This document shows positions 28,338-41,861 of a stretch of DNA of 64,000 bases, one piece after another. Numbering within the stretch: the first letter of the stretch is position 1; each line of letters opens with the position of its first letter. Made by a program: the position numbers and the translations under genes. The DNA comes from an uncultured delta proteobacterium (GTDB taxonomy: Bacteria > Desulfobacterota > Desulfobacteria > Desulfobacterales > JAHEIW01), in the NCBI GenBank assembly GCA_963706575.1, contig CAVPNL010000006.1:704001-768000 (forward strand). The letters run 5' to 3'. The notes beneath the pieces were generated by a model. It had not been told where the DNA came from and did not search any database. It was given only the letters and a program-made list of their open reading frames with translations.

Positions 28338-30533
28338 ATGACCTTTGACCAGCTCCTTGTAAGCATCAGCATCTCTGATGTTTTCCAGATCGCTGTCGCT
28401 TTTAATACTTTCCCAGTTCGAGTATCCTTTGTCTATCGCCGTTTGTAGCCATTCAATGGATTCCTCCTTCCGTTTCAACCTTGAATACATGCAGGCAACA
28501 TTGTAATAGGTTTCGGCCTTATCCGGCCAATGACCCAATACTTCCTTAAAACGAGACAACGCCTTGGTATAATTCTTTTGCAAGGCATACATTAAGGCCA
28601 GATTATTAATCGCGCGGGGGAAATCGGGTTGAATTGCGAGTGATTTTTCATAATGCCGGACGGCCTCATCGATTTTTTGCTGCCGGGCAAAAATGCTTGC
28701 GGCATTAAAGTGAGCCAGGGCATGGCCTGGATTTCTTTCCAGGGCCGCCAAATAATGATTGAGGGCCTCATCGTACCTTTGCTGTATTTCCAAGGCAATA
28801 GCCAGATTATAATGGGCCTCAGCATCGTTAGGATCGATATCCAGGGCTTGATGAAAATGGGAGATCGCCTGATCTGTTTCACCTAGCTCGGTTAAAGCAA
28901 CACCGATGTTTGAGTGCGCCTTAGCCTGGGCGGGATTAATTTTCAAGATTTCCAGATAGTGCTTGATGGCTTCTTTCCGCTGGCCCTGTTTTGCCAGTGC
29001 CAGACCTAAATTGTTGTGTGCTTCCATATAACCGGGTTCTATCTGAATCGCCGTATTATAATGCTTGATAGCCTCAGCATCCCTTCCTTGTTGCTGCAGA
29101 ACATTTGCCAGATTAAAATGAGCCTTTGCATAACGCGGATTGATGCGGAGGGCCTGTCGGTATTGTTGAGTGGCTTCAGCTACCCTTCCTTTGTTAGAAA
29201 GGTTTTCACCCAGATTAAGGTGGGGTCGGGCTTTATTGGGTGATTTTTTAACGATATCGCTCCACAAGCTGAGCTCGTTTTGCCACACAGCGTTGCGCTG
29301 ATAGGTCCACACCGAAAACACGATTACCAGCGCACACAGCAGCACTGTCACCAGCCAATTCGGCTTGATGTAGCGAAAACATATTATTACCGGAATTAAA
29401 CAAAAGAGCATTGAAGGCAGGTACAGGCGGTGTTCGAAAATAATGGCCAGAGGAATGACGGATGATTCGATGGCCAGATTTCCGAAAAACCACAACAGAC
29501 AAAACGAAATTAATCGCTGCCTTTTGGCCAGATATAAAGCCAGCCCGACCAGGCCGACGATGACAGCCACCGACGGCAGAGTTGTCAACGGGTTGATCAA
29601 AGAATTCGATAGCGGAAAATCATAATCCAGGTTGAGCCGAGAGGGATGGGGGAAAAATATCAGGCTGAAATAATGGACGACGACCCGAAACTGGGTCATG
29701 ATTCTTTCAGAAAGGGTAAATTCCTTGTTAGCAAAATCTTTAATCGACGATAGTTTTTCCAATGGATCCGGGCCTAAATATAAAAGAGAAATCAGACCGA
29801 AAACAAAAAAAATCAAAATGACGAATTTTAGTTTGCGCTTTAACCAGTCGGCGCTAAGATCCTGGAAAAAATACCACTCGTAAAGAAAAACAAAAAACGG
29901 CAAGGTGGCAGCGTTTTGTTTGCTCCCCAGTGCAAATAGCCATGCCAGTAAAGCGCCGCTGAACCAGCCCCATTTTTTGACCGGTTGCGCCGCAAGACGC
30001 CCTTTCACATAGAGCCAAAAAGCAAGAATATAAAACAGGGCTGCCAGACTGTTCATCCGCTGCACGATATAGGTAACCGATTGGGTTTGGATCGGATGAA
30101 CCAGCCAAAGCAAAGCCGCAAAAAAGGCAACCATGAAACTGTGATCAACTTCAGTTTTAAGTGAAGGAAGCTTTAAGGTGGTTTGGACAAAAATGAAGAG
30201 GAATATACCGGCTAAAATGTGTATAACGATATTGACAAGATGGTAGCCTTCCACGTTGTATTGATGGAAGTAATAATTTAAAGCAAACGTAACATTGCCA
30301 ATGGGTCGTGTCTTGGGAGTTTGTTTGCCAAATGCGGTATCAATCAGGTTTGCCGCGCTAAGCTCAGTTATTCGAATGCTCTCATTTTCTATAATTTTGC
30401 GGTTATCATCAAAAACAAATGGACCATCAAAGGTGTTGGAATAAAGGGCAAAGCCGACTACTGAAAATACCAAAACGATTCCCAGAGCCAACAGGCCAGA
30501 TGAGTTTATTTGATAACGGTTGGATGTTCTCAT
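28335..30533 (-). CDS. TMTC-like GT-C membrane glycosyltransferase with a C-terminal TPR array
   Basis: FVFDD luminal motif, YHLVNIVIH, HPIQTQSVTYIVQR and FEHRLYLP; multiple TPR units. Confidence 0.8.
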   Translation of the reverse strand: MRTSNRYQINSSGLLALGIVLVFSVVGFALYSNTFDGPFVFDDNRKIIENESIRITELSAANLIDTAFGKQTPKTRPIGNVTFALNYYFHQYNVEGYHLVNIVIHILAGIFLFIFVQTTLKLPSLKTEVDHSFMVAFFAALLWLVHPIQTQSVTYIVQRMNSLAALFYILAFWLYVKGRLAAQPVKKWGWFSGALLAWLFALGSKQNAATLPFFVFLYEWYFFQDLSADWLKRKLKFVILIFFVFGLISLLYLGPDPLEKLSSIKDFANKEFTLSERIMTQFRVVVHYFSLIFFPHPSRLNLDYDFPLSNSLINPLTTLPSVAVIVGLVGLALYLAKRQRLISFCLLWFFGNLAIESSVIPLAIIFEHRLYLPSMLFCLIPVIICFRYIKPNWLVTVLLCALVIVFSVWTYQRNAVWQNELSLWSDIVKKSPNKARPHLNLGENLSNKGRVAEATQQYRQALRINPRYAKAHFNLANVLQQQGRDAEAIKHYNTAIQIEPGYMEAHNNLGLALAKQGQRKEAIKHYLEILKINPAQAKAHSNIGVALTELGETDQAISHFHQALDIDPNDAEAHYNLAIALEIQQRYDEALNHYLAALERNPGHALAHFNAASIFARQQKIDEAVRHYEKSLAIQPDFPRAINNLALMYALQKNYTKALSRFKEVLGHWPDKAETYYNVACMYSRLKRKEESIEWLQTAIDKGYSNWESIKSDSDLENIRDADAYKELVKGH

Positions 30534-30543
30534 TATCCCTAAA

Positions 30544-32960
30544 TCAGTGATCCCTGATCAATTCCCGGTAAGCGGAAGAATTTCGAATATTTTCCAGGTC
30601 ACTGTCAGTTTTAATCTTCTCCCAATTCGTGTATCCTTTGTTTAGCGCTTTTTTTAGCCACTCGATCGAATCATCCACACGATTTAGCCGTGAATACATA
30701 CAGGCAACGTTGTAATAGGTTTCGGCATTATCCGGCCAATAATCTAAAATTTTATGAAATTCTGATAAGGCCTTGGCGTATTCTTTATTCTTTGCATACA
30801 CTAAAGCCAGATTGTTTAAAGCCTGAGGAAACCTCGGCTGAAGTGTAAGTGCTTCTTGATACTCACTTATAGCTTTGTTTAGGTCTCGCTTGGCGAGATA
30901 TAAATTCCCCATTTCATAATGTAGGAGCGGATCATTCGGTCTGTTTTTTAATGCCGCTTGAATACTCGCAGATTTTTCCTGGAATAATTTCTGAATGCTT
31001 AGCGCTTTTTTAAGGTTGTTGCGTGCCGAAATATAATCCGGTTTTATTCTTAACGCTTCTCGAAAGTGCGAGATCGCTGCTTCAATTTTCCCGTTCTTTA
31101 TCAGCAACGCCCCTAAACCATTATGAGCTTCAGCTCGATTGGGATCTGAGCGCAGGACCATTGTAAAGTGGTGAATGGCTTGATCTATTTCGCCTTGCTT
31201 TGCCAGTGCAGCGCCCAGGTTCAATTGGGCTTCTGCAAGATCAGGGCTTACCTCCAAGGCCAGACGGAAATGATCAATCGCTTCGTTAATGTTGCCTTGT
31301 TTTTCTAAAACAATACCTAAATTATTGTGAGCGTTAGCATGATGGGGATTATATCGGAGGGCTTGCTGAATTTGCTGAATGGCATCATTCGTCTTTCCCT
31401 GATTTAGGAAAACCATACCCAGGTTGTTGTGAGCTTCGACGTAGGCAGGCCTGATCTGGATGGCGGTTGTAAAATGTTTGACAGCCTCGGCATTTTTTCC
31501 TTGCTTCTGAAGAACACTTGCCAGATTAAAATGCGCTAAATCATAATTTGGATCTAGCCGCACGGCTTGCCTATATTGCTTCTCTGCTTCCAATATATCG
31601 CCTTTTTTAGAAATAGCTAAGCCTAGATTAAGATGGGGCCGGGCTTTATGCGGCGATTTTTTTACACAATCGGACCATATCGTCAAATCATTTTGCCACA
31701 CTTGGTTGCGTTGATAGGTCCAAGCCGAAAAGACGATGGCCACAGCACATAAAGCGCCGATCTTTAGCCAATTAATTTTGACATATCGAAATATTAAAAT
31801 TACCGGTATCAGGCAAAATAGCATTGACGGTAGATACAGGCGGTGTTCGAAAATAATGGCCAGCGGAATTATGGATGATTCGATTACCAGATTGCCGAAA
31901 AACCACAGGAGACAAAATGAAATTAGTCGCTGCTTTTTTAGCCAGATATATCGCCAGCCCGACTAAGCCCACGATGACAAGCAAAGAAGGCAGACGTTGT
32001 CAGCGGATTGATTAAAGAATGTCGATAAGCGGAAAATCATAATCGAGGTTGAGCCGTGAAGGATGCGGGAAAAATATCAGGCTGATATAATAAATGACCA
32101 CTCGGAACTGGGTCATAAGCCTTTCAGAAAGGGTAAATTCCTTGTTGGCAAAAGTCTTGAATTGACGATAATCTTTTCTAGGGATCCAGGCCCAAATATA
32201 AAAGGGCGATCACACCGAAAACAAAAACAACCAAACATGACAGATATTTCAGATTTCGCTTCAACCAGTCGACGCTAAGATCCTGGAAAGAAATACCACT
32301 CGTAAAGAAAAACAAAAAACGGCAAGGTGGCAGCGTTTTGTTTGCTCCCCAGTGCGAAATATCCATGCCAGTGCAGCGCCGCCGAACCAGCCCCATTTTT
32401 TGCCCGGTTGCGCCGCAAGGCGTCCTTTCACATAGAGCCAAAAAGCAAGAATATAAAACAGGGCTGCCATACTGTTCATTCGCTGCACAATATAGGTAAC
32501 CGATTGGGTTTGGATCGGATGAACCAACCAAAGCAAAGCCGCAAAAAAGGCAACCATGAAAGGTGTGATCAACTTCAGTTTTAAGTGAAGGAAGATTTAA
32601 GGTGGTTTGGATAAAAATGAAGAGGAATATACCGGCTAAAATGTGTATAACGATATTAACAAGATGGTAGCCTTCGACGTTGTACTGGTGAAGTAATAAT
32701 TTAAAGCAAACGTAACATTGCCAACTGGCTCGTGTCTTTGCAGATTGTTTGCCAAATGCGGCCTCAATCAGGTTTTCCGCGCTAAGCTCAGTTACTCGAA
32801 TGCTCTGATTTTCCTCAATTCTGAGTATATCATCAAAGATAAATGGACTTTCGAAGGTTTTGGAATATAGCAAAAAGCCCGAAACCGAAAAAACAGAAAG
32901 CACCGCCAATATCATTAAAATAGAACGATTTCTGCTTAACTCGTTTGTTTGCTGCATCAT
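30544..32960 (-). CDS. Second TMTC-like TPR membrane protein (several frameshifts at 31.8-32.75 kb)
   Basis: FIFDD, YHLVNIVIH and HPIQTQSVTYIVQR are spread across fragments. The DNA is highly similar to the neighbouring paralog. Confidence 0.75.
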
Positions 32961-33948
32961 AGCTCTGCGTTTTGGATTGATCGCATCTCGGACTTCTTTT
33001 ATTCAAAAAGTTCAAGAATTCCCCCCACAAAAGCAATGATCAGCATCTGGGAGAAAAATAGAGATTCCAATTAGAACACCTTTTTCGGGGGGCAAATTAA
33101 AAAAAGTAAACAAATAGGCATAAGCGCCTTCTCTTAATCCAATTCCCGCAAAAGAAATTGGAATCGTTTGCAGTAACAGCACCAATGAGCCGATCCACAT
33201 GATATCCATAAAGCCCAAAGGAACCGATGCGGCCTTAATGAGAACCAACAGCCTGCAGATAAAAAATATTTGCCAGAGAAGACTCAGTCCGAGAATAGAA
33301 GTAAACGTGTTGCCGTTTATTTTTTTGAGATTATGGTTTTCAAAATAGGCATCAACATTTAATTTTGGTCGTATTCGTTGCAGCGTTGAATTGTGTCATT
33401 GATTTAATCAGATCACGTATCGGCGAAAAAATATAAAATAAAATAAATACCGACACAAAACATATCCCGATGGCAGCGATTGGCAAAAGGCGCATCCTTA
33501 GAATCTCGATCTCGGGATTTGATTTATAGAAAAATAGCGGAATCATCCCGCAGAAAAGAAGCACCAAAAGAAAGGTTAACCGTTCGAATACGATAGACGC
33601 TAAAAATTGAGCCTTGCCATTTTTATTGCGGGTGACTTTAATCCATCGGACAACTTCCCTTCCAATGGCTGACGGCAGGAAAAGTGCATAAAATCTGGCA
33701 ATGAAATTTATTTTTACTAATGAAGCCAACGAATGATTAATAGCGCTTCCTTTTATGAGGAAATAATATTTTCCGGCGACGATGATCCCCGAAGATACCG
33801 CCAGAAGGGTAGAGATCACGTAAAGGCTTACATCGATGCTGCCCATCGTAGCGGCCAGTCTAGAAACATCGACCTTAAAAAAAAGATATCCGATAAAAAG
33901 GCAGGATATAACAATTTTTAAGATTATTTTTAGATACCGTTTATCCAT
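32957..33948 (-). CDS. Lysylphosphatidylglycerol-synthase TM / flippase-like protein (frameshifted)
   Basis: FLPSAIGRE.VRW, SIVFERL and IPISFAGIGLREG across ORFs 33352..33948 and 33012..33248. Confidence 0.7.
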
Positions 33949-34886
33949 TCTTCTGTCTCGGCATAACCGAACTTTTTGAGCTGCGGAATTAGAATAGGGC
34001 TAATTTTCTTTTAAATCCTCTTTTGAGAATTCTGTTTTCCATTTGTTATAGTTATCCGCCGTTAATTTAGGGAGTGGTTCGAAAAACGCTTTGCTGGCAT
34101 CTAAGCCTAAAAAGCCTAATATCTCTGTAATTTTTTGACAGGGCGTTTGGATGAGATCTTCATAGCGAACGATGAGGCGGTAGTTTTTTTGAATTAATTT
34201 CCAATGCGTTTCGATGCGTTTTACGCAATGTAACCATTGGTAGGCATTGAATTGCAGTAGTGACGATTGATCATAAATTCGCTCCCAGTGTTTAAACCTG
34301 GGGCCCCAACCGATGTCACCTCTCCAACGCAACCGATTTAAGTGTTTCTTTTTGTTTGTGAAATGTCCGTGCCTTTCAAATGACAATGCCTTAATTTATC
34401 ATTTAAGAAAGGCTGACGACCCAAAAACTTATGGATTACCTGATATGCCGCCCCATAATTAAAGCGACCTTTAGAGAGCGGATTTTTTATGATATTTTGC
34501 CTGCGCAACCATTCTTTGTTTATCGAAAGTGTGACATCTCTCCCATCGCGCAATAGATGTATAAACTTCGCTTGAGGAAATATTTTTAAAATAAAAGGTA
34601 TCTTGAGACTATTTCTAGGAGATTTATCGATCAGAACCACACATTTTTTCTTCGTTTTATATTTGGAAAAATTGCGGTAGATCCATTTTTTGACCTGCGG
34701 TGATGCATCTGCTTCTGTTCTTTCATCGTCAGGTGCCGTCCGGAAAAATCGGTCCCATACGAAATAGGGCTCATACCACTGGCTGATGTGATGATGTTTG
34801 TCCAGCAATTCTCCCAGTATTGTCGTACCTGATCTTGGTGAACCGACGATAAAAACAAACGCATCTCCCATTGTCTTTTCAGCCAT
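33941..34886 (-). CDS. Sulfotransferase family protein (frameshifted ~34380 and ~34000)
   Basis: GSPRSGTT (5'-PSB), DKSPRN, RDGRDV..S (3'-PB) and RYEDL. Confidence 0.8.
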
Positions 34887-34908
34887 AATTTACCCTGAAG
34901 AAAAGATC

Positions 34909-35952
34909 TTATCGCCACCATGTCTTGATGATGATGCGGGCGAAATGAATGCCATAGATTAGATCTTTTCCCTTTTTGCTTTTCCCGTATTTGCGTCTCA
35001 AAATGGTTATGGGTACTTCGCCGATGCGCAGACCCTGTTTGACGGCTTCAATTATAAGTTCACTGGTATGATATTGATCTTCGTGCAGCCGGATGGAGTT
35101 GACGGCATCCATGCGAAAAGCTCTGAAACCGCTGGAAGGATCGGTTATCTTTTTGCCCAAAAGTGTGGTGACAATTCGGCCGAAAACATAAACTCCGGCA
35201 ATTCTTAAACGGCTGGAGGCTTCTCTATTGCCAAGAATACGTGATCCGATCACACAATCATATTGTCCTTCAATAATGGGCAATATGAGATATGGGATAT
35301 CTTCCGGCCGATGCTGACCATCGGCATCCATTGTTATGCAATAGCGAACGCCCGCTTTTTGTAAAATATCGTATCCCAGTCTCAGTGCAGCCCCGCCGCC
35401 CCTGTTGATCAGATTTTTAACTGCGCAAGCACCACTGCTTTCCGCTACAGAAAAGGTTTCATCATCACTGCCATCGTCGACCACTAGGACTCCAACATCG
35501 ATGCCTTCGATTTGTTTCGGGATCTTTGGCAGCAAAGCCGCTAAATTTTCTGCCTCATTATAAGCAGGGATGAGGATCATAATCGGCTTGATTTTCCGGG
35601 CAAGGTCAGCGCTTTTTTCGATTTCTCTTGTTCCCAATGAGCGGACCAACCGGTCGAACTGAAAATGAATATTATCGACCTTTAGTTTTGTAAACAAAAT
35701 GTAGAACAGTAAGAAAATATTTGAAACAATCAACAGGGCAATTATTCTACCCCGGTAAGCCGTTTGTAAAGATAGGGCATCTCGTAATGCATTTAGAATG
35801 TTGGGATTAATGGTTACGGCAATCAGGCTGAAATTCAACAGCATAAAAAAGATAAAATTGAGCCGGTTCCAGCGAGCGCCGCGGTAGACATAAAACGTGG
35901 CAACCAATCCTAAAAAGCCGACCAGGCAGCCCAATATTCTTAATGTTGACAT
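34909..35952 (-). CDS. GT2 glycosyltransferase (DPM1-like) fused to an N-terminal 3-TM (DUF2304-like) domain
   Basis: IPAYNEA, VDDGSDD, MDADGQH, GSR and DPSSGFR. Confidence 0.85.
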   Translation of the reverse strand: MSTLRILGCLVGFLGLVATFYVYRGARWNRLNFIFFMLLNFSLIAVTINPNILNALRDALSLQTAYRGRIIALLIVSNIFLLFYILFTKLKVDNIHFQFDRLVRSLGTREIEKSADLARKIKPIMILIPAYNEAENLAALLPKIPKQIEGIDVGVLVVDDGSDDETFSVAESSGACAVKNLINRGGGAALRLGYDILQKAGVRYCITMDADGQHRPEDIPYLILPIIEGQYDCVIGSRILGNREASSRLRIAGVYVFGRIVTTLLGKKITDPSSGFRAFRMDAVNSIRLHEDQYHTSELIIEAVKQGLRIGEVPITILRRKYGKSKKGKDLIYGIHFARIIIKTWWR

Positions 35953-36039
35953 TTTCTTATTCCTAGATGGTAAAAAGCAGCACTTCTATAGTTGATTTGA
36001 GCGTACTTTGAAGTAGATCTCTTTCGTTTTGATTTTTTT

Positions 36040-37179
<1,140 letters not shown>

Positions 37180-38225
37180 AAATAACCCCAATATTCCGCG
37201 ATTCGAGATTCAAGGAGATTGTTTTTTTAGAAATGAAGCCAGCTGGGATTTCGAAAGGGGATTTCATTGCCGAATGATAGGTCGGGTGACTTCTTTGAAC
37301 GGATATCCGGGTATTCAAAGCGACGTTGCGATAAATTTCCGTAAGGCCGGCAAAATCACGAAATATCGTTCCAATTCCCATGATCTTCTGGTCTCTTCGG
37401 TGTTCATCAATTCTTCGTACATTTTTTCCCCGGTTGTTCCCCGATGATCTTTATGTCGATATCTTCAGGCCGGTGGCCGTAGACAGGCGCCAGTTCCTCG
37501 ATCATGACTTCGGCCAGATCCTGAATGCGAATGGCCGGCATTTTGGTGACGAAGACTTCTCCGCCGCGCACAGGAGGGCGGAGTCGATGACCAGCTGGAC
37601 GGCGTCTTCAATGCTCATGATAAAGCGGGTCATGTCCGGATCCGTCACGGTGACGGGTCCGCCCCGACGAATCTGTTCGCGAAAAATGGGGATTACCGAG
37701 CCACGGGAGCCCAGCACATTGCCAAAACGCGTGGAGGTGAAAACGGTCCGTCGTTCGAAGGTTGCTGTTGGCGGCCGTCATCAGCCGCTCGCCCATCAGT
37801 TTTGAGGTGCCCATAACATTGGTCGGGTTAACCGCCTTGTCCGAGCTGGTGAAAATAACCCGTTCGACCTTGTTTTCAATGGCGGCATAGATGATGTTTT
37901 GGACACCGAGGATGTTGGTTTGTACCGCTTCAAAAGGGGACCGCTCGCAGAGGACGACGTGCTTGAAGGCGGCCGTGTGGAAGACCACATCGATGCCTTT
38001 CATTTTGTCCTTTAGCCGGTCTCTGTCACGCACATCGGCCAAAAAGAAATTTGCGGGTGGCCGTATTTGGCATATTTCTGTTCGATGGAAAAAAGCTCAC
38101 TTTCATTGTTGTCAAGACCGATAAGCTCTTTCGCCTGGTACTGTTCCAAAAGCTGACGGATCAATTCTCTTCCGACGGTGCCGCAGGCGCCGGTGACCAG
38201 GATGCGTTTTTGTTAACGTCCAATT
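37180..38225 (-). CDS. UDP-GlcNAc 4,6-dehydratase-like polysaccharide biosynthesis protein (CapD/PseB family), multiple frameshifts; ends approximate
   Basis: [44 protein letters not shown] and MTRF. Confidence 0.8.
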
Positions 38226-38412
38226 GGTTTTCTCTTTCTTTTCTTTGGGTTATCGGTCCGCAAAAAATAATGTTCCCTGGCTTTTAAGGTGCTGAAACTT
38301 ATCATTTAAGTGCATATCAAGCAAATGAAATTTATGAATACCGCAATTTTAGGGCAACGCATACGGTTAAATGCCGTGTCCGGGTCGGAAATTTTCGATG
38401 AAATTAAGCAAA

Positions 38413-38491
38413 AGATTGCTTCGTCGCTTACGCTCCTCGCAATGACAGTGCGAGACATTTGCGGGTCATTGCGAGCGAAGCGAAGCAATCT
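38413..38491. repeat. Palindromic repeat doublet (GTCATTGCGAG family)
   Basis: AGATTGCTTCG...CTCGCAATGAC ... GTCATTGCGAGCGAAGCGAAGCAATCT. Confidence 0.7.
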
Positions 38492-38577
38492 TAACGCTCG
38501 GGCATCTCACCGAGAATTGCCATACCCGGGCAAAGCATCTTGACTTGGTCTGCAAAAGTCTTTATCTATCACGCAAT

Positions 38578-40243
38578 ATGAAACAGAAAATACGTGATCT
38601 AATTCTCAGTGCGGCTAAAAGCGCCTATGAAAAAAGGAGATTTGCCGTCAGCTGACATTTCCGAGGTTGAGGTTGAAGAGCCCGGGCTGATGCCCACGGA
38701 GATTTTTCTAGCAATATTGCCATGGTGATGGCATCGGCTCAAAAAATGGCGCCGCGTAAAATTGCGGAAGCCATCATTGCTCACATTCAAGATCCGCAGG
38801 AATTGATTGAAAAGACTGAAATCGCCGGTCCGGATTCATTAATTTTTTTGTCAAACCAGTCGGCCTGGCACCCGGTTTTGCGTGAGATTCACGAAGCCGA
38901 TACCGCCTACGGTGCAACCGATATCGGTAAAGGTCAAAAATTTCAGGTCGAATATGTCAGCTCCAACCCCACCGGACCGCTGCATGTCGGTCACGGCCGC
39001 GGTGCGGCCGTGGGTGACGCGGTGGCCAATATTCTTTCCTTTTGCGGCTATGATGTCCAAAAGGAATATTACATCAACGATTCGGGCCGGCAGATCCGGA
39101 CCCTGGGGCAATCGGTTTTTCTGCGCTATCAGGAGCTGTGGGGCCAAAAAGTCAAATTCCCGGATGAATGCTATCAGGGGGATTATATTCGTGATCTGGC
39201 TGCCGACATCAAAACCCGCAAAGGCGCTGGCCTTTTAAGCGAGCCGGAACAAGACGCCATTATGGAATGCGCGCGCTTTGCCGCCGGGAACATACTGGAC
39301 GGCATTCGGGACGATTTAAAATTATTCGGGGTCGAATTTGACTGCTGGTTCAGTGAACAGAGCTTATATGATTCCGGCCGCGTGGTTGAGATTCTTGATA
39401 ATTTTCGCAAACAGCAGATTATTTACGAAAAAGACGGGGCCCTGTGGTTTAAAACCAGCGATTTCGGTGATGAAAAGGATCGGGTGGTGGTTAAAGCCAA
39501 CGGCGAAACGACCTATTTCTGCATCCGACATCGCCTACCACCAGGACAAGTATGACCGTGGGTTTGAATGGGTGGTCGACGTCTGGGGAGCGGATCATCA
39601 TGGTTACATTCCCCGGATGAAAGCCGCCGTTGAAGCCTCCGGGCATCGGCGGGATCAGTTTGATGTCATTTTGGTGCAGCTGGTGAATTTGCTCAGAGCC
39701 GGGCAACCGGTTGCCATGTCGACACGGGCCGGCAAATTCGAGACCCTGCGCGAGGTTATCAACGAAGTGGGCCGGGACGCCGCGCGCTTCATCTTTTTGA
39801 CCCGCCATTATGAAAGCGCCCTTGATTTTGATCTGGAAGTCGCCAAGCAAAAAACCAATGATAATCCGGTTTATTATGTTCAATATGTGCATGCCCGCAT
39901 CTCGAGCATCGTGCGCAAGGGAAACGAACGGGGGACCTGCGAGGTTTCCTGGGATGACAAGGCCGTGGCTCGCCTGGAGGCACCTGAGGAAATTGATTTG
40001 ATTAAAGCCCTGGCGCGCTATCCGGATGTCCTGGCAGGCAGCGCCAGAAGCATGGAGCCGCATCGTGTGACCTATTATTTGATGGACCTTGCATCGGCCT
40101 TTCACACTTACTACAATAAGCACCGGGTTTTAGTCGATGATTCGTTGTTGCGCTGCGGTCGGCTCAATCTTGTTTTAGCGGTTCAAAAAGTAATCCGAAA
40201 CGGCCTGACGCTGCTGGGCGTTTCTGCCCCGGACAGTATGTAA
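38578..40243 (+). CDS. argS: Arginine--tRNA ligase (several apparent frameshifts)
   Basis: [42 protein letters not shown] and LGVSAP. The N-terminus MKQKIRDL starts at 38578. Confidence 0.92.
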
Positions 40244-40307
40244 AACCGGACTTTAAATTTCCATCTTTACCCGCAAGTCCGTCGGATGGCGTCAGCAATG
40301 ACTGTTT

Positions 40308-40369
40308 TCGCGGCAGGATGCCGCTCACACCGCTTGTTGATGGTTTGTGGAGTGGCTTCCCAGCCACGA
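40308..40369. repeat. Degenerate REP-like doublet (GTGGGAGCGGC family)
   Basis: TCGCGGCAGGATGCCGCTCACAC...GTGGAGTGGCTTCCCAGCCACGA. Confidence 0.6.
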
Positions 40370-40392
40370 GACCCAAAGCATAAAATTCAACA

Positions 40393-41172
40393 ATGAGAAA
40401 AAAGAATAAACGCAAAGAGCCGGAATTTAAAAAACCCTTTATTGTCCTGTCGCGCCGCAAAATTGCGGGGTGGATTTTTTTAATTTTTTTTCTGTGTGCC
40501 TGGATGTTCATACTGGGGATATTGGTCGGCAGAGGTACGGCCCCGGTCAAATTTGATATTGCTGCCCTTGAAAAAAAATTAGAAGCCTCGAAAGAGGGTG
40601 ACGGCGGCGATCAAAAAAAAGCGCCGGCACCGAAAAGGCCGGTTACCGTAAAGGATAAAACCAAGCTCGAGTTTTATGAAGCGCTTAAAGAAAACAAAGT
40701 AGATCCGGACGTTCCGGCGCTTCAAAAGCCGGAGGTTGTAAAAGATAAGATTGAAAAACCGGCCGAAAAAACCGTTCCCCAGGAGCCAATAAAGGAAACC
40801 GTTCCAAAAGCGGCATCTGAAAAATCGGCTTCTCAAAAAACAGGGACGCAAAAACCGGAACCTGCAGCAAGTTCTCAAATCAAAAAGCCGGCCAAGAAAA
40901 AGGGAAAAGTTCCTGCCGTTACTCCGACAAATGCTGCAGGCCCTGTATACACCATCCAGGCAGCTTCCGTTAAAGATCCAAAAGATGCGGATCGGCTGGT
41001 CCAGAAATTAAAAAAAAGTGGATATCCGGCCTATCGGGCGATCGGCAAGATACCCGGAAAAGGAATCTGGTATCGGGTCAGAATCGGAGAGTATCAGCGC
41101 AAATCTGAAGCGCTGAGCGTGATGAATAAATTGAAAAAAGAAGGTTTGAAACCGATCCTGGTAATGAAATGA
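40393..41172 (+). CDS. SPOR-domain cell-division protein (FtsN-like)
   Basis: N-terminal TM helix, Lys/Pro-rich linker, and YTIQAAS...WYRVRIG. Follows argS. Confidence 0.8.
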   Translation: MRKKNKRKEPEFKKPFIVLSRRKIAGWIFLIFFLCAWMFILGILVGRGTAPVKFDIAALEKKLEASKEGDGGDQKKAPAPKRPVTVKDKTKLEFYEALKENKVDPDVPALQKPEVVKDKIEKPAEKTVPQEPIKETVPKAASEKSASQKTGTQKPEPAASSQIKKPAKKKGKVPAVTPTNAAGPVYTIQAASVKDPKDADRLVQKLKKSGYPAYRAIGKIPGKGIWYRVRIGEYQRKSEALSVMNKLKKEGLKPILVMK

Positions 41173-41200
41173 CCTTCGTTACCTTCACTATGTCATATAG

Positions 41201-41343
41201 GTCCGAAAGCAGTCTTTTTACCAGTGTGTTTAGTATTTGGTGTTTAGTGTTTAGTAATCTAACATGCAGATATAGGATCATATATTTCATGCCAAACACC
41301 AAACACGAAACACAAAACACTTGTTGAATTCGACTTTTTACGA
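41201..41343. repeat. Family A 7-mer cassette inside a MITE-like shell
   Basis: (TGTTTAG)n - ATCTAACATGCAGATATAGGATCATATATTTCA - (CAAACAC)n - GAATTCGACTTTTTACGA. Near-identical to 57694-57846. Confidence 0.85.
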
Positions 41344-41393
41344 ACACTAAAGCAAGATATTAGAGGGCGAATGACAAAAGGCGGTTTAAGGAC

Positions 41394-41681
41394 ATGAAAA
41401 TAACCAAAGAAGAAGTGCTGTACGTTGCCCACCTCGCACGCCTGGATTTGGATGAGGAATCCATCGAGAAGTTCGCCGGCCAAATTGACGAAATCCTGGG
41501 ATACATTGAAAAATTGAACCGGGTCGATACCAAAGGCATAAAAGCGACTTCGCACGCCATTTCTCTGACCAATGCGTTTCGCGACGACGAGGAAAAGGAA
41601 CACATCGATCGTGAGCTGGCACTGGAAAATGCGCCTGAAAAAGAAGATGGTAGTTTTGTGGTTCCCAAGGTCGTCGGATGA
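41394..41681 (+). CDS. gatC: Asp/Glu-tRNA amidotransferase subunit C
   Basis: VAHLARL, FRDD and NAPE...FVVPKV. Confidence 0.95.
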   Translation: MKITKEEVLYVAHLARLDLDEESIEKFAGQIDEILGYIEKLNRVDTKGIKATSHAISLTNAFRDDEEKEHIDRELALENAPEKEDGSFVVPKVVG

Positions 41682-41823
41682 TGCATTTGAAAAAGGCCCC
41701 CTTTTGCCCAATTTCTGTGTCAAGCTCCGGTTTTAATCCTCGACATACAACCAAGTATGCCTGTGGTTAAAATCCTCGCTTTCCTTGAAATTGAACAAAA
41801 TTGAACCTTTTTCAAACGCATCA
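41679..41823. mobile_element. MITE family 2 (145 bp)
   Basis: 18-bp TIR TGATGCATTTGAAAAAGG / CCTTTTTCAAACGCATCA. Starts at the gatC stop codon; central CATAC...GTATG hairpin. Confidence 0.7.
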
Positions 41824-41861
41824 TACAAAATATTGTTAAAAGAAAAAAACGAAAAGGTATT

